This document shows, piece by piece, positions 18,367 to 28,218 of a stretch of DNA of 64,000 bases. The position numbers and the translations under genes are program-made. The stretch lies in the IMG/VR virus record IMGVR_UViG_3300025872_000053, positions 1 to 64,000 of that record, one strand, 5' to 3'. Each line of letters opens with the position of its first letter. Positions within the stretch are counted from its first letter, which is position 1. The stretch comes from a virus. The notes beneath the pieces were generated by a model. The model did not search any database, was not told where the DNA came from, and saw only the letters and a program-made list of their open reading frames with translations.

Positions 18367-19623
18367 ATGGCCGAAAATCTAGATACTCCATCATTTGGAA
18401 ACTTTAGCATTGAGAACACAATGGAAATGGGAATGGGTAATGCAGATCTTTTAAACGATCTCATGTCTCCTGAAACTGCCACAGGTTCTCCTGATGACAT
18501 TAAAACAATTGATGAACCTGCTCCTCCAGCTCCTGAAAAGAAAGCTGCAAAAGCTGCTTCTGCTCCTCAGGAAGAAAAGAAGGAAGAAGAGAATGTTGAC
18601 ATACAGAGTTTTCTGTATGGAGATGATAATGAGGAAGAGGAAGAAGAGGAAGTGGTTGATAAACAACAAGTTAAGAAAACTCCTGAAGCTAAACCTGAAG
18701 AATCTTCAGATGAGGAAGAAGGTGAAGAAGAACAAGTTAGTCAATTCACAGCTCTATCTAGAGACCTTTTCAAACTAGGTGTCTTTTCAAAAGATGATGA
18801 GGAAGAGGATACACCAATATCCACTCCTGAGGAATTTCTTGAGAGATTCAACCTAGAAAAGAAAAAAGGTGCAATTGAGGTGGTGAATAATTTCATTGGT
18901 CAGTTTGGTGAAGATTACCAACAAGCCTTTGATGCCATCTTTGTAAAGGGTGTTAACCCTAAGGATTATTTCGGCACATATAATCAAATACAGAGTTTTT
19001 CAGAAATGGATCTGTCACAAGAGAATAATCAGGTGGCAGTTATTAAACAAGCTCTAGCAGACCAAGGCTTTGATGCTGAGGACATTACAACAGAAGTGGA
19101 GCGTCTGAAAAACTATGGTGATCTCGAAACTGTTGCTACAAAACACCATAAGGTGCTTGTTAAGAAGGAAGCTGCAAAGCTCCAACAAATGGAACAGGAA
19201 AGAGAATCACAATTAAAACAACAACAAGCGTACAAACAGCAATACGTTGCTAATGTACAAACGGTTTTACAGGATAAGCTCAAACAAAAAGAGTTTGATG
19301 GTATTCCTCTAAACCCAAAACTTGCTAGCGAACTACAAGATTTCCTTCTAGTAGATAAGTACAAGACATCCTCTGGAGAAACACTCACAGACTTTGACCG
19401 TACAATACTAGAACTGAAGCGTCCTGAAAATCATGAAATGAAGGTGAAGGTTGCTCTTCTACTCAAGATAATTGAGAAAGATCCAACACTATCCACAATT
19501 CAGAAGACAGGAATTACCAAAAAATCAAATGATCTTTTTGGTGAGGTAGCTAGACAAGCTTCCAAATCTTCAGTGAAATCTAGCAGTGGTAAATCAAGCA
19601 AGCCTAATTCTTGGTTCCTTTAA
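18367..19623 (+). CDS. scaffolding protein (418 aa, acidic/coiled-coil)
   Basis: Poly-E runs, coiled-coil middle, located between portal and major capsid gene. Confidence 0.55.
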   Translation: MAENLDTPSFGNFSIENTMEMGMGNADLLNDLMSPETATGSPDDIKTIDEPAPPAPEKKAAKAASAPQEEKKEEENVDIQSFLYGDDNEEEEEEEVVDKQQVKKTPEAKPEESSDEEEGEEEQVSQFTALSRDLFKLGVFSKDDEEEDTPISTPEEFLERFNLEKKKGAIEVVNNFIGQFGEDYQQAFDAIFVKGVNPKDYFGTYNQIQSFSEMDLSQENNQVAVIKQALADQGFDAEDITTEVERLKNYGDLETVATKHHKVLVKKEAAKLQQMEQERESQLKQQQAYKQQYVANVQTVLQDKLKQKEFDGIPLNPKLASELQDFLLVDKYKTSSGETLTDFDRTILELKRPENHEMKVKVALLLKIIEKDPTLSTIQKTGITKKSNDLFGEVARQASKSSVKSSSGKSSKPNSWFL

Positions 19624-19659
19624 TTTTATTTATAACCTTTAATTTAAAAGATAACACAA

Positions 19660-21213
19660 ATGGCAATTCAAACAATCCCAGGTTTAACTGGATTTACGTA
19701 TGCTAGGGTGGCTTCTATGGATAAGCGTGCTGTTGGTAAGCTTACCGATGCTAACCACCTGGAGAGCTTCCACTCAACTGAGCCAGCTGATTATGACAAA
19801 AAGATCATCAGCCTTTACACTCAGAGCTCCCTCTATAGCAATGACTTCTTGGACATGATCAACAAGTCAACCCCTTATTACATTGACAACAACAGTGATG
19901 CATGGAAATGGCAAGTTGCAGTTCCATACAAGTTCCCAAAGATCATTGATGTACCTACTTCTACAGCTGAGCTGTCTAAGCCTGGTATTGATGGTCAAGA
20001 ATTCCAATTGGTACTTGATACCAATGAGTTCTCTAAGAACGCTATCGTTTCTGTTGGTTCTCGTCAGTATGGTCCTCGTTTCTATGTTATCAAGGATCCA
20101 GTTCCTTGGAACATGGGCTTCCTTTATTCTTTCACTCTTATCAGTGACAATCCTACTGTAGATTTCGTATCTTCTACTTTCTTGCAGTATGGTATTGAAC
20201 TTGAGCTTGTAGATGCTGCTATTGGTGAGTTCGATCAAGATTTGCTTGGTCTTCCTCGTCTTGGTGAGCAAATCACTATGTTTGAATCTTTAGGTTCTGC
20301 ATATGGTTTCGAGCACAAGATCACTGAGTGGGCTGATGACAAAATGATGCGTGATGCTTCTGGTAAGCCTCTTGACATCCTTGTTTATGCTCCACAGCGT
20401 AGGAATCAACTTCCTCTTACAAGAAACGATGTTAAATGGGAACCATTCATCGAGTTCTGGATGCGTAAGTCTATGCTTGAATTGAAAGTTAAGCGTATGA
20501 TTTGGGCTAAGCCAGGCACTGTTAAAACAAATGGTAGCAAGCAAGAATTGAAGCGTACTTCTGCTGGTGTTTATCACAGAATGCGTAACAACGGTAACTT
20601 GGTACAATACAATCGTGGTGAATTCTCTGCTAACTTGATTCGTTCTGTATTTGGTGATTTGTTCTACAGAAGGGTTGATGTTAAAGATCGTAGAGTTAAA
20701 ATGTACACTAACGAAGCTGGTTTTGACGTATTCCAACAAGCTTTGAAGAATGACGCTTTGAACAGTGGTCTTACCTTCATGGCTGATTCTGGAAATCGTT
20801 ATATGCAAGGCGAAGGTCAGCACATCACTTATAACTTTGCATTCGATGCAATGGTTACTCGTGAGACTGGTCGTGTTGAGTTGATTCACTTGAAAGAGTT
20901 GGATCTTCCACAATCTAACCTTGAATTCGGTCAGAACAAGAAATCTACTCCTGTATTCATGGTATTTGATGTATCTCCAATGAGCGATGGTTCAATGGTG
21001 AACAACATCCGTGAAGTAAGAATGAAGGGTGCACCTTCAATGACTTGGGGATATATTGATGGAACTCGTCACCACTTAGGCTTTGCTAAGTCTCAGGGTA
21101 TGAGCTCTGCTAACAAGTTCCCTGGTTATGAGATTTGGATGAAAGACCGTTGCGATGTATTCATTGAGGATTTGTCTCGTACAGTTCTTATTGAGGAAAT
21201 CCCACAGTTCTAA
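19660..21213 (+). CDS. major capsid protein (517 aa)
   Basis: Gene following scaffold; followed by strong structured/terminator region typical of a highly expressed capsid gene. Confidence 0.6.
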   Translation: MAIQTIPGLTGFTYARVASMDKRAVGKLTDANHLESFHSTEPADYDKKIISLYTQSSLYSNDFLDMINKSTPYYIDNNSDAWKWQVAVPYKFPKIIDVPTSTAELSKPGIDGQEFQLVLDTNEFSKNAIVSVGSRQYGPRFYVIKDPVPWNMGFLYSFTLISDNPTVDFVSSTFLQYGIELELVDAAIGEFDQDLLGLPRLGEQITMFESLGSAYGFEHKITEWADDKMMRDASGKPLDILVYAPQRRNQLPLTRNDVKWEPFIEFWMRKSMLELKVKRMIWAKPGTVKTNGSKQELKRTSAGVYHRMRNNGNLVQYNRGEFSANLIRSVFGDLFYRRVDVKDRRVKMYTNEAGFDVFQQALKNDALNSGLTFMADSGNRYMQGEGQHITYNFAFDAMVTRETGRVELIHLKELDLPQSNLEFGQNKKSTPVFMVFDVSPMSDGSMVNNIREVRMKGAPSMTWGYIDGTRHHLGFAKSQGMSSANKFPGYEIWMKDRCDVFIEDLSRTVLIEEIPQF

Positions 21214-21220
21214 TAACCTC

Positions 21221-21360
21221 TCTAGAGATAGTATCTCTAGACAATTCCTACCGAGAAGAGCCCTCCTCCCTACCTCCCACCTTTGGAGGGCTCTCCTCAA
21301 ACTACAGATGGATGGATTGGGGTGTCTCCCAGTCGCATTCCCTTCGATGGGACCCATCTG
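21221..21360 (+). other. GC-rich multi-hairpin structured element downstream of capsid gene
   Basis: Perfect inverted repeat tctagagata-g-tatctctaga (21221..21241); 10-bp stem agagccctcc/ggagggctct (21257..21294); cagatgg...ccatctg with internal atgggacccat palindrome (21305..21360); ~55% GC in a ~35% GC genome. Confidence 0.55.
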
Positions 21361-21391
21361 CAAATTAAAACCAAGTTAAAATAAACTACAT

Positions 21392-22360
21392 ATGGGTAAG
21401 ACAGGAAAAATCTCCACTATTAAGAAGGAGTATAATAGCTCACAGTTGCAGACAATGCAAAGCGGTTTGGCTCAAAAAGGTCTAACAAGAATCCCTGGTA
21501 CAGGCGTATTCAAGTATCCTTACAAAGAACTTGATGGTCAGTATAGAACAGGATTAGATCCACAAGCTGCATACATTAGAAGAATTGGTGATCCTACTGA
21601 AAGAGAAATTGAGATTGAGCGTGTAACAGCTCTTCGTGACAAGCTTCAAGATGCCCTTGGTGGTATTGATCTTGGACCACGTTCTAAGTTTTGGAACTAT
21701 GGACTCTCAACTTCTACAGATGACGTGCTGCATGTACAACCAGTAAAACTTGTAGATGGAGATAATTATTTCGATCTTTCTGTTCCTCTACAGGAACTAG
21801 CGTTTGCTTGGTTACGTGTTCACCCAACAATTGCAAGCTCTTATCAAGCTTGGGAGCGTGGTGAGTTTCCAGCAGAAACACAGTTCTATGTAGCTGATGA
21901 AGATATTGAAAATGCAGTGATGTTTAAGAAGAAACAACTTATCAATAAAGCTATTGTTAAGTTTGATTCTATGACTCCTGAGAAAAAGAGAAAGGTTGCT
22001 CGTTTATTAGGTTTACCAGTGACAGAAGATACAAAAGAAGAAGCTGTGTATAATCAAGTGGACAATCTTCTCAAACAAACAGAATTCAAGAATGGTAAAT
22101 ACCAAGGTCTCAATCCAGTTGAGATATTTGGAAGATTTGCAGATATGAAGGAAAACTTACTCCATATTAAAGACTTAGTTAAGCAAGCTTTGTCACATTC
22201 GGTTTATAGAATTAAACCTAATGGAAGAATATACGAAGGTGAATATGAAGTGGCTATTGATGAAGAGGAATTGGTAAAGTTCCTTGCAGATGAGGATAAT
22301 CAAGATGAATTACTCACCCTAGAACAAAAATTAAAAAGTAAAAAATTAGCTTCTGTATGA
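21392..22360 (+). CDS. virion-associated hypothetical protein (322 aa)
   Basis: ORF in head/connector gene region. Confidence 0.5.
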   Translation: MGKTGKISTIKKEYNSSQLQTMQSGLAQKGLTRIPGTGVFKYPYKELDGQYRTGLDPQAAYIRRIGDPTEREIEIERVTALRDKLQDALGGIDLGPRSKFWNYGLSTSTDDVLHVQPVKLVDGDNYFDLSVPLQELAFAWLRVHPTIASSYQAWERGEFPAETQFYVADEDIENAVMFKKKQLINKAIVKFDSMTPEKKRKVARLLGLPVTEDTKEEAVYNQVDNLLKQTEFKNGKYQGLNPVEIFGRFADMKENLLHIKDLVKQALSHSVYRIKPNGRIYEGEYEVAIDEEELVKFLADEDNQDELLTLEQKLKSKKLASV

Positions 22361-23088
22361 TACCTGTAGATAGTTTGTTGTACAAGATAGATCAGAAACT
22401 AAATAAGCTATCAACCAACGAACATCAGCAGATAGTATTAGAAGATAAAATCTTGGCTTTGAATGAAGCTCAGATTAAATTAATAAAGCAAAAGGTTGAT
22501 GGTATAAGTACTGTTTCTGGTCTGGGATTGGATGCCTTTAAGAAAAGGTATGAAGATCTCCAGAGTTTAGTAGAATCTTATAATCATCAACCTCTTGATC
22601 TTACTCTAATGAACGAAGAGGTTCACCAATATGCAGCATCATTGCATGCATTGACTCCTAAATATATGTTTTATTTAGATAGTTACATATTGGCTGATAA
22701 AGGAAGATGTAAGGACAGGGTGATATGGGTTAATAGAGATTTAGCAAAGCATGGTGATTTGCAATTCATTTTGAATAACGATCATTACAAACCATCTTTT
22801 GAATATCAAGAAACCTTTAACTTCTTATCATCTGATCAGATAAGTGTCTTTACAGATGGTACGTTCATACCAACTAAAATTTACATAATGTACATGAGGT
22901 ATCCTCAGTATATTAACAAAGAGGGATACATCATGCTTGATGGTACACCATCATTCAATCAAGACTGCGAACTTGAGACTTATCTAGAGGATGAACTTCT
23001 AGACTTGACAGTTCAAAACCTTGCAATGTACACCGAAAATCAGTCTGCTGTCCAGAGTTCAATCTATAGGATACAGACAAACGAATAA
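22357..23088 (+). CDS. virion-associated hypothetical protein (243 aa)
   Basis: ATGA coupling with upstream gene. Confidence 0.5.
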   Translation: MIPVDSLLYKIDQKLNKLSTNEHQQIVLEDKILALNEAQIKLIKQKVDGISTVSGLGLDAFKKRYEDLQSLVESYNHQPLDLTLMNEEVHQYAASLHALTPKYMFYLDSYILADKGRCKDRVIWVNRDLAKHGDLQFILNNDHYKPSFEYQETFNFLSSDQISVFTDGTFIPTKIYIMYMRYPQYINKEGYIMLDGTPSFNQDCELETYLEDELLDLTVQNLAMYTENQSAVQSSIYRIQTNE

Positions 23089-23115
23089 GTTTTTTAATCA
23101 TTAAAATAGCACAAA

Positions 23116-24273
23116 ATGGCTGATTTTTCATTAACTACGCTCTTCGTAGTTCCAGTAGGAAACTCTCTACCTAGCTCTGGTTCTACGCAAGACTTGACCG
23201 CAGGTCAATTTGGTATCTTTAGGAGTGATTACAGTGTTGCAAACGCTGGTAACATCGCTGCTAAACCATACTTCTATTTAGCTCAAGGTAGAACAAACAC
23301 ATATCTTCAAGGTTCAAAGCGTTCTGATAAGATCGCTGGTTGCGTTGATGGTAGCTGTAAATCTAACGTTACTGAGTGGTACAAAGTAAGTGGTTGTCCT
23401 CTTCCTGCTACCCAAGTAACAGATGTATCTGGTTGGAATGTACAGTGTGGTGATATCGTAACACTTACACTTCGTGCACACTCTTCTTACCTTGATACTT
23501 TGTATTTCAATGGTTTCACTCGTTCTGTAACAGTTCAAGCTCCTTGTTGCGAGTGTGGTGGTGACCCTTGTACTAATGTTGATGTACCTGCATTGATTGA
23601 TCAGTTCATCTATCAATTGACTCTTCAGGCTCCTGGTAACAACCCAGACAACATCAACTTCAACGATTTCTATCAATTCCAAAGAATTGGTAACGATCAA
23701 AATGCTATCCTCCGTATTTCTGGTAAGCCTCTTACCAAGTATGGTCAGCCTTGTGACGTTGCTGCATTCCCTTGGGAGTATGACAGAATGTGGTTCCGTA
23801 CTTTCGTGTACAGTGGACCAGCTACTACTGCTGACTTCATCGTAGCAGATGCTTGTAACATTGTTGCTGATGCTCAAGTTATTCAGCGTGCTTCTTATCC
23901 TTCAGGTACTTCTGATGAGATCAAGCAGCTCGAGAAGAACTTCTATAGCTATCAAGCAGGTTACTTGAAGCATCTTTACAGAATGGCAGGTTACAACGAG
24001 AACTTTGAGTCTTGGGTTTCTGACGGTACTACCTATGATACCTTCTACATCAAGTTCAACGAATATGACAAATCTGCTTATTCTTGGGGTGACTACATCA
24101 AGGAAGATAGCACTGTAATCATTGCTGCTCCTCAAGCTTTGAGTGCTGCAATTCAGGCTGTTCTTGAGGCTGGTCTTGGTCTTGTTGCTGATGATAATGC
24201 TTGTGTAAGCACTACATCTACAACTACCACTGTATGGCCTACAACTTCAAGCACTACCACTCTTGTTCCTTAA
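23116..24273 (+). CDS. structural protein with poly-Thr C-terminal tail ending ...TTTLVP (385 aa); possible auxiliary capsid/decoration or tube protein
   Basis: Own terminator downstream; Cys-rich middle; C-terminal STTSTTTTVWPTTSSTTTLVP. Confidence 0.5.
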   Translation: MADFSLTTLFVVPVGNSLPSSGSTQDLTAGQFGIFRSDYSVANAGNIAAKPYFYLAQGRTNTYLQGSKRSDKIAGCVDGSCKSNVTEWYKVSGCPLPATQVTDVSGWNVQCGDIVTLTLRAHSSYLDTLYFNGFTRSVTVQAPCCECGGDPCTNVDVPALIDQFIYQLTLQAPGNNPDNINFNDFYQFQRIGNDQNAILRISGKPLTKYGQPCDVAAFPWEYDRMWFRTFVYSGPATTADFIVADACNIVADAQVIQRASYPSGTSDEIKQLEKNFYSYQAGYLKHLYRMAGYNENFESWVSDGTTYDTFYIKFNEYDKSAYSWGDYIKEDSTVIIAAPQALSAAIQAVLEAGLGLVADDNACVSTTSTTTTVWPTTSSTTTLVP

Positions 24274-24302
24274 TAAGAGGTAGAAACAATATCATATAAC
24301 CT

Positions 24303-24350
24303 AAGCCAGAGGGTGAGAGGATCTTCTCAAATCCTCTGGCTTATTTATTT
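24303..24350 (+). terminator. Rho-independent terminator
   Basis: 10-bp stem aagccagagg/cctctggctt, loop 20 nt, followed by ATTTATTT. Confidence 0.6.
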
Positions 24351-24358
24351 AGAAGAAC

Positions 24359-24922
24359 ATGGCAGACTTGAAATTAGATTTTTTAGTAATTCCTACATAC
24401 AACGTACAAACGTTGGGTATTGCTGATGCATCAACTTACCCAGCAGCTCCTCCTGTTAGCTCTCCTACAATAGAGATAGATGTTCCAGGATTTGGTCTAG
24501 TCAGCCTTCCATTTAACATAAATGACTTCAACATTTACACTACTGCTTCATTAGGAATAACTTCAGTTGGTGATCCTCTGTTACCACTTCCTGATGGAGT
24601 TTATTATATTAAATACTCTGTTGCTCCTGCATATCAGAACTTTGTGCAGAAAACAATAATGCGTGTTGATCAACTTCAAGAGAAGTTTGATAGTGCATTC
24701 ATGAAGCTTGATATGATGGAATGTGATGCAGCTATTAGAAAACAACAGATGGTTGATCTAAACAGCATCTATTACTTCATACAAGGATCTATTGCTGCTG
24801 CAAATAATTGTGCTATTGATACAGCTAATAAACTGTACAATCAAGCAAATATGATGTTAAACCAATTCATAGCAAATAGGTGTAATTGCTATGGTAACAA
24901 TTATGTAAACAATTTCTATTAA
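24359..24922 (+). CDS. hypothetical structural protein (187 aa)
   Basis: ORF. Confidence 0.5.
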   Translation: MADLKLDFLVIPTYNVQTLGIADASTYPAAPPVSSPTIEIDVPGFGLVSLPFNINDFNIYTTASLGITSVGDPLLPLPDGVYYIKYSVAPAYQNFVQKTIMRVDQLQEKFDSAFMKLDMMECDAAIRKQQMVDLNSIYYFIQGSIAAANNCAIDTANKLYNQANMMLNQFIANRCNCYGNNYVNNFY

Positions 24923-24923
24923 T

Positions 24924-25067
24924 ATGGCAAACTGTAGAAACTGCGGTGTTAAAGTTGGATGTGGCTGTCAATTGATAAACGGTCTATGTTCAGCTTGCAA
25001 CAATGCTATTAAACAAGCTACTAAAAGAATAAAGAATGTTATATCCAAGGCTTACAAATTGCGTTGA
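24924..25067 (+). CDS. Cys-rich micro-protein (47 aa, MANCRNCGVKVGCGCQLINGLCSACNN...), not in ORF track
   Basis: 6 Cys in first 25 aa, style similar to CxxC N-termini of neighbouring fiber genes; overlaps start of 25036 ORF in another frame. Confidence 0.3.
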   Translation: MANCRNCGVKVGCGCQLINGLCSACNNAIKQATKRIKNVISKAYKLR

Positions 25068-25302
25068 TTGTTCTAGCGTTCCTGCATTGCTTGCAGATAT
25101 TGATTGCAAGCTTACAGAACTAGCTAAGAATGAATATAACAATATTGTGTTTCAATTAAACTGGCCTGTTCCAGGAACAGTGATTTGGGATCTTCTCAAC
25201 TACAAAAGAATACTTACTTACAAGTATTGTAGCCCAGAATATGCTGGATCATATTCCATAGAAAGAATAGCTAGTAGAGTTAAAATATTAATCAATAAAT
25301 AA
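25036..25302 (+). CDS. hypothetical Cys-containing protein (88 aa)
   Basis: ORF. Confidence 0.4.
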   Translation: MLYPRLTNCVDCSSVPALLADIDCKLTELAKNEYNNIVFQLNWPVPGTVIWDLLNYKRILTYKYCSPEYAGSYSIERIASRVKILINK

Positions 25303-25311
25303 ATTATACAA

Positions 25312-26439
25312 ATGTCTTGTTCAAACTGTTACAACGGATGCACTGAGATTGTCTCAGATAGGTGTGTGAGATATACAGGATTAGATGTACCTGCTCTAGG
25401 TATTCTATCAGGTGATTCTCTATCACTCGTAGAATCTTCTTTAATAGAGTTTCTTACATCCACTTTAAATGGTGTAGGAATCAAACCTATTGTTGATCCT
25501 CTAATCATCTGTAATCTTGTTCAACAATATCTTCCTGATTGTGGTGAGTTTACATTGAATGACTACATTACAGCTCTCATCAAAGCTGCTTGTGATCTGC
25601 AGGTACAAGTTGATTTACTTGCTGCTGACATCACAACATTGAATGCTGATTATGATGTAGACTGTTTAGTAGGTGTTACGCCTTCTTCAGACACACATGC
25701 TGTGTTGCAAGCAGTTATTACAAAGCTTTGTGACATAGATGTAGAACTTGCAGCTCTTGCTTTAGATGTTGATACCAACTATGTAAAGCTTGCAGATCTT
25801 AATACATTAATTGCTGCTTACCTTGCTAGTGTATCTCCTGATGGTACAAAGTATTACACCAAGATGGTTCCTTATACAGTGGTTGAATACTACGGACCTC
25901 TTACAGGAAACTTTGATGTAACAGGTGCAGGACTAGGTGACTGGGAGAAAATCTACCTCTGTAATGGTAACAATGGAACACCTGACAAACGTGGTAGAGC
26001 TGCTGTGGGTGCTATTGTTGGTGTAGGTGGTGGAGCTCTTGATCCAGTAGTGGATCCAGCAACCCCTACAAACCCTAACTATGCTCTCAATGGAACAGCT
26101 GGTGCAAACACTGTGTCTTTGAACACTTCTCAACTTCCTTCACATACACATGGTGTCACTGTAATTGATGCTGGACACACCCACTTTACATTAGCAGATG
26201 CTGTTGATACAACTGGTGTTCTTCCTACAAATACAACAAGTATTGCTAAAGAAAGCTCATTTGGTACATCAGGAGAAGAATATGCAATGCGTTCATCTGC
26301 TTTGAGTGGAGCAAGTTTAGGTTTAACAAGTGCCTCTGGTTCAAATATTAGCGTTTCAATTGCTAACACTGGAAGTGGAAGCCCACATAGCAACATTCAA
26401 CCTGTTCTTGCTTGCTATTATATTATGTACATTCCTTAA
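25312..26439 (+). CDS. tail fiber protein with C-terminal phage tail-collar domain (375 aa)
   Basis: 'GDWEKIYLCNGNNGTPDKRGRAAVG' (LPDLRGR-like) and 'LPSHTHGVTVIDAGHTHF' (LPxHxH) collar-domain signatures; Cys-rich N-terminal anchor domain. Confidence 0.7.
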   Translation: MSCSNCYNGCTEIVSDRCVRYTGLDVPALGILSGDSLSLVESSLIEFLTSTLNGVGIKPIVDPLIICNLVQQYLPDCGEFTLNDYITALIKAACDLQVQVDLLAADITTLNADYDVDCLVGVTPSSDTHAVLQAVITKLCDIDVELAALALDVDTNYVKLADLNTLIAAYLASVSPDGTKYYTKMVPYTVVEYYGPLTGNFDVTGAGLGDWEKIYLCNGNNGTPDKRGRAAVGAIVGVGGGALDPVVDPATPTNPNYALNGTAGANTVSLNTSQLPSHTHGVTVIDAGHTHFTLADAVDTTGVLPTNTTSIAKESSFGTSGEEYAMRSSALSGASLGLTSASGSNISVSIANTGSGSPHSNIQPVLACYYIMYIP

Positions 26440-26457
26440 CAAATAAACTCTAAATAA

Positions 26458-26787
26458 ATGGCTTGTACTCCAGGTTCACCATGTAATCCATTGGTTGTCA
26501 ACACTGTATATCCAAAGAAGTGTAACAACGGATGGTTTGCTGGCTATCCAATATCAACAAATTTAATATGTTATAATGGTCCAAATCTGCCAAATACAGG
26601 TGTCAATACTAATGATAACCTGAATCTGGTTTTAGAAAAGATTGACGCAGAGTTGGATCCAGTAACCTTAGCAGAAACATTATTACAAACAATTGCAACA
26701 AATGTTTCCCTTCTTACAGCTTTCTGTGAGATAGCTAACCTTTGTGCCTCTTACACAACCACAACTACCACCACGGTAGCACCATAA
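26458..26787 (+). CDS. small fiber-anchor-domain protein ending in TTTTTTTVAP (109 aa)
   Basis: N-terminal domain paralogous to N-terminus of gene 61809.. ('TGVNTNDNLNLVLEKIDAELDP' vs 'TGINTNDNLQTALEKIDAKFAD'). Confidence 0.55.
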   Translation: MACTPGSPCNPLVVNTVYPKKCNNGWFAGYPISTNLICYNGPNLPNTGVNTNDNLNLVLEKIDAELDPVTLAETLLQTIATNVSLLTAFCEIANLCASYTTTTTTTVAP

Positions 26788-26797
26788 ATTATCAAAA

Positions 26798-26855
26798 ACC
26801 CTGTTTTGTTGGTTTTACAGGGTATCTCCTGGGGTTTCTACCCTGGGAGTTTTTG
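26798..26855 (+). terminator. tandem hairpins / intrinsic terminator
   Basis: accctgt...acagggt stem (26798..26823) then ctcctgggg-tttcta-ccctgggag (26826..26849) followed by TTTTTgTTT. Confidence 0.6.
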
Positions 26856-26907
26856 TTTAAATTATAACCAATTTGGTTATTACAGATAATCTATTTGGTT
26901 AAATAAA

Positions 26908-26940
26908 TTTGGAGAATTTCAAAAATTGTTCGTACCTTTA
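26908..26940 (+). promoter_or_regulatory. candidate promoter for 26968.. transcription unit
   Basis: TTTG (26908..26911) - 21 nt - TAccTTTa (one mismatch to TAnnTTTG). Confidence 0.3.
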
Positions 26941-26967
26941 CTGTAATTTTAACTAAAATCTAGTCCA

Positions 26968-28218
26968 ATGGTAGGGAACCAGCATCTCTTAGAACAGTTG
27001 CAACAAATGCTAAACTGGAAGAAAAGTAAAAAGTTTTATGCAGAAAAACTAGGGATTACAGAAGATGAGGTGGATGCGTTATTAAAAGAAATTAGAAAGA
27101 GTGAGGTGGTAAGAAATGAGGCAGAGGTTTCACATTACATAGATCAGCTTGAAGAAGCTGTTGTAAGATTTGAGGAAGATTTAATCAAGGGTACAGGTGA
27201 GATAGTGTTCAATAGTCCAGAAGAAATTCGTTCTCTGGAGGATCTTATTGAAAAGTGTAAGATTGATACAAGTAAGTGGGAAATAACTAAATATGTCCAG
27301 AACTACTGGGGAAATGGTTCAAATCCACATTGGCAAGTAAAGGCTTGGCTTGGTAAGAAAACTGAAGGTCAGGTGTTTCAAAATGCTTTTGTAGATTTCT
27401 TGAATGAATACAAACCATGTTCTCCAGATATCGTTGCTCCTAAATACATCACTGGGAAAAGCGAAGCTTGTCTTGTGATTAACAAACAAGATTCACATCT
27501 CAACAAGTATGATGTTTATGGTGATAACAACATAAACGATAGATTTGGTGGTATACTTGAGAAGGTGGAAATAATTTTGAACCAAGCTACTCTGTCAAAT
27601 AATCTCGAAAAACTAATTTACATCATTGGATCGGATGAGTTTAATAGTGAGTTCACAAACACTACAACAAAAGGAACTCCACAAACTAACATCCTACCAT
27701 ATCATGAATCCTTCCAAAGGATCTGTGAATATGAAGTTCAAATGATCTCCCTCCTGTTACAGAATGCAAATAACGTAGATGTTGTATATGTAGCAGGAAA
27801 CCATGATGAGTATGTAGGATGGCATCTAATAACATGGTTGCAAACCTACTTTAGAAACACTGATAGGTTAACATTTGATTGTTCTCCTAGATATAGAAAA
27901 TACATAAGCTTTGGAGAAAGTGCGTTAATGTTCAATCATGGAGATGCAATAAAGCCAGCAAAGCTAGCTGCAATCTTTCCAATGGAATATAGAGATGAAT
28001 GGTCTTATCATACCAACTTCTACATATTCACAGGAGATAAACATCATGAGTTGAGTCAGGATTTTAATGGAATCAAGTTTTATCAAATTCCAGCTTTTTC
28101 TAGTGCTAAAAGTTCATGGGATGAAAAGAATGGATACACGTGTGCGAAGGCTGAAGTTACTGCATTCCTAATAGAAGAAGATAACGGAATGACAAACATA
28201 TTCAAACAATATTTATAA
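26968..28218 (+). CDS. calcineurin-like metallophosphoesterase-domain protein (416 aa)
   Basis: 'QDSHL' (DxH), 'YGDNNIND', 'VAGNHDEY' (GNHD/E), 'FNHGD', 'FTGDKHHE' in canonical order. Confidence 0.6.
   Translation: MVGNQHLLEQLQQMLNWKKSKKFYAEKLGITEDEVDALLKEIRKSEVVRNEAEVSHYIDQLEEAVVRFEEDLIKGTGEIVFNSPEEIRSLEDLIEKCKIDTSKWEITKYVQNYWGNGSNPHWQVKAWLGKKTEGQVFQNAFVDFLNEYKPCSPDIVAPKYITGKSEACLVINKQDSHLNKYDVYGDNNINDRFGGILEKVEIILNQATLSNNLEKLIYIIGSDEFNSEFTNTTTKGTPQTNILPYHESFQRICEYEVQMISLLLQNANNVDVVYVAGNHDEYVGWHLITWLQTYFRNTDRLTFDCSPRYRKYISFGESALMFNHGDAIKPAKLAAIFPMEYRDEWSYHTNFYIFTGDKHHELSQDFNGIKFYQIPAFSSAKSSWDEKNGYTCAKAEVTAFLIEEDNGMTNIFKQYL

Noticed and set aside
18451-18778. ORFs 18451..18669(-) and 18494..18778(+) inside scaffold gene
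   Set aside because: Low-complexity K/L/R-rich or F/L-rich translations of the GAA/GAG-rich scaffold coding sequence in wrong frames.
21076-21379. Overlapping ORFs 21076..21363(-) and 21155..21379(+) downstream of capsid gene
   Set aside because: Lie in the GC-rich hairpin region, where stop codons are rare by composition. They mutually overlap and overlap the end of the capsid gene. No coding periodicity is evident.
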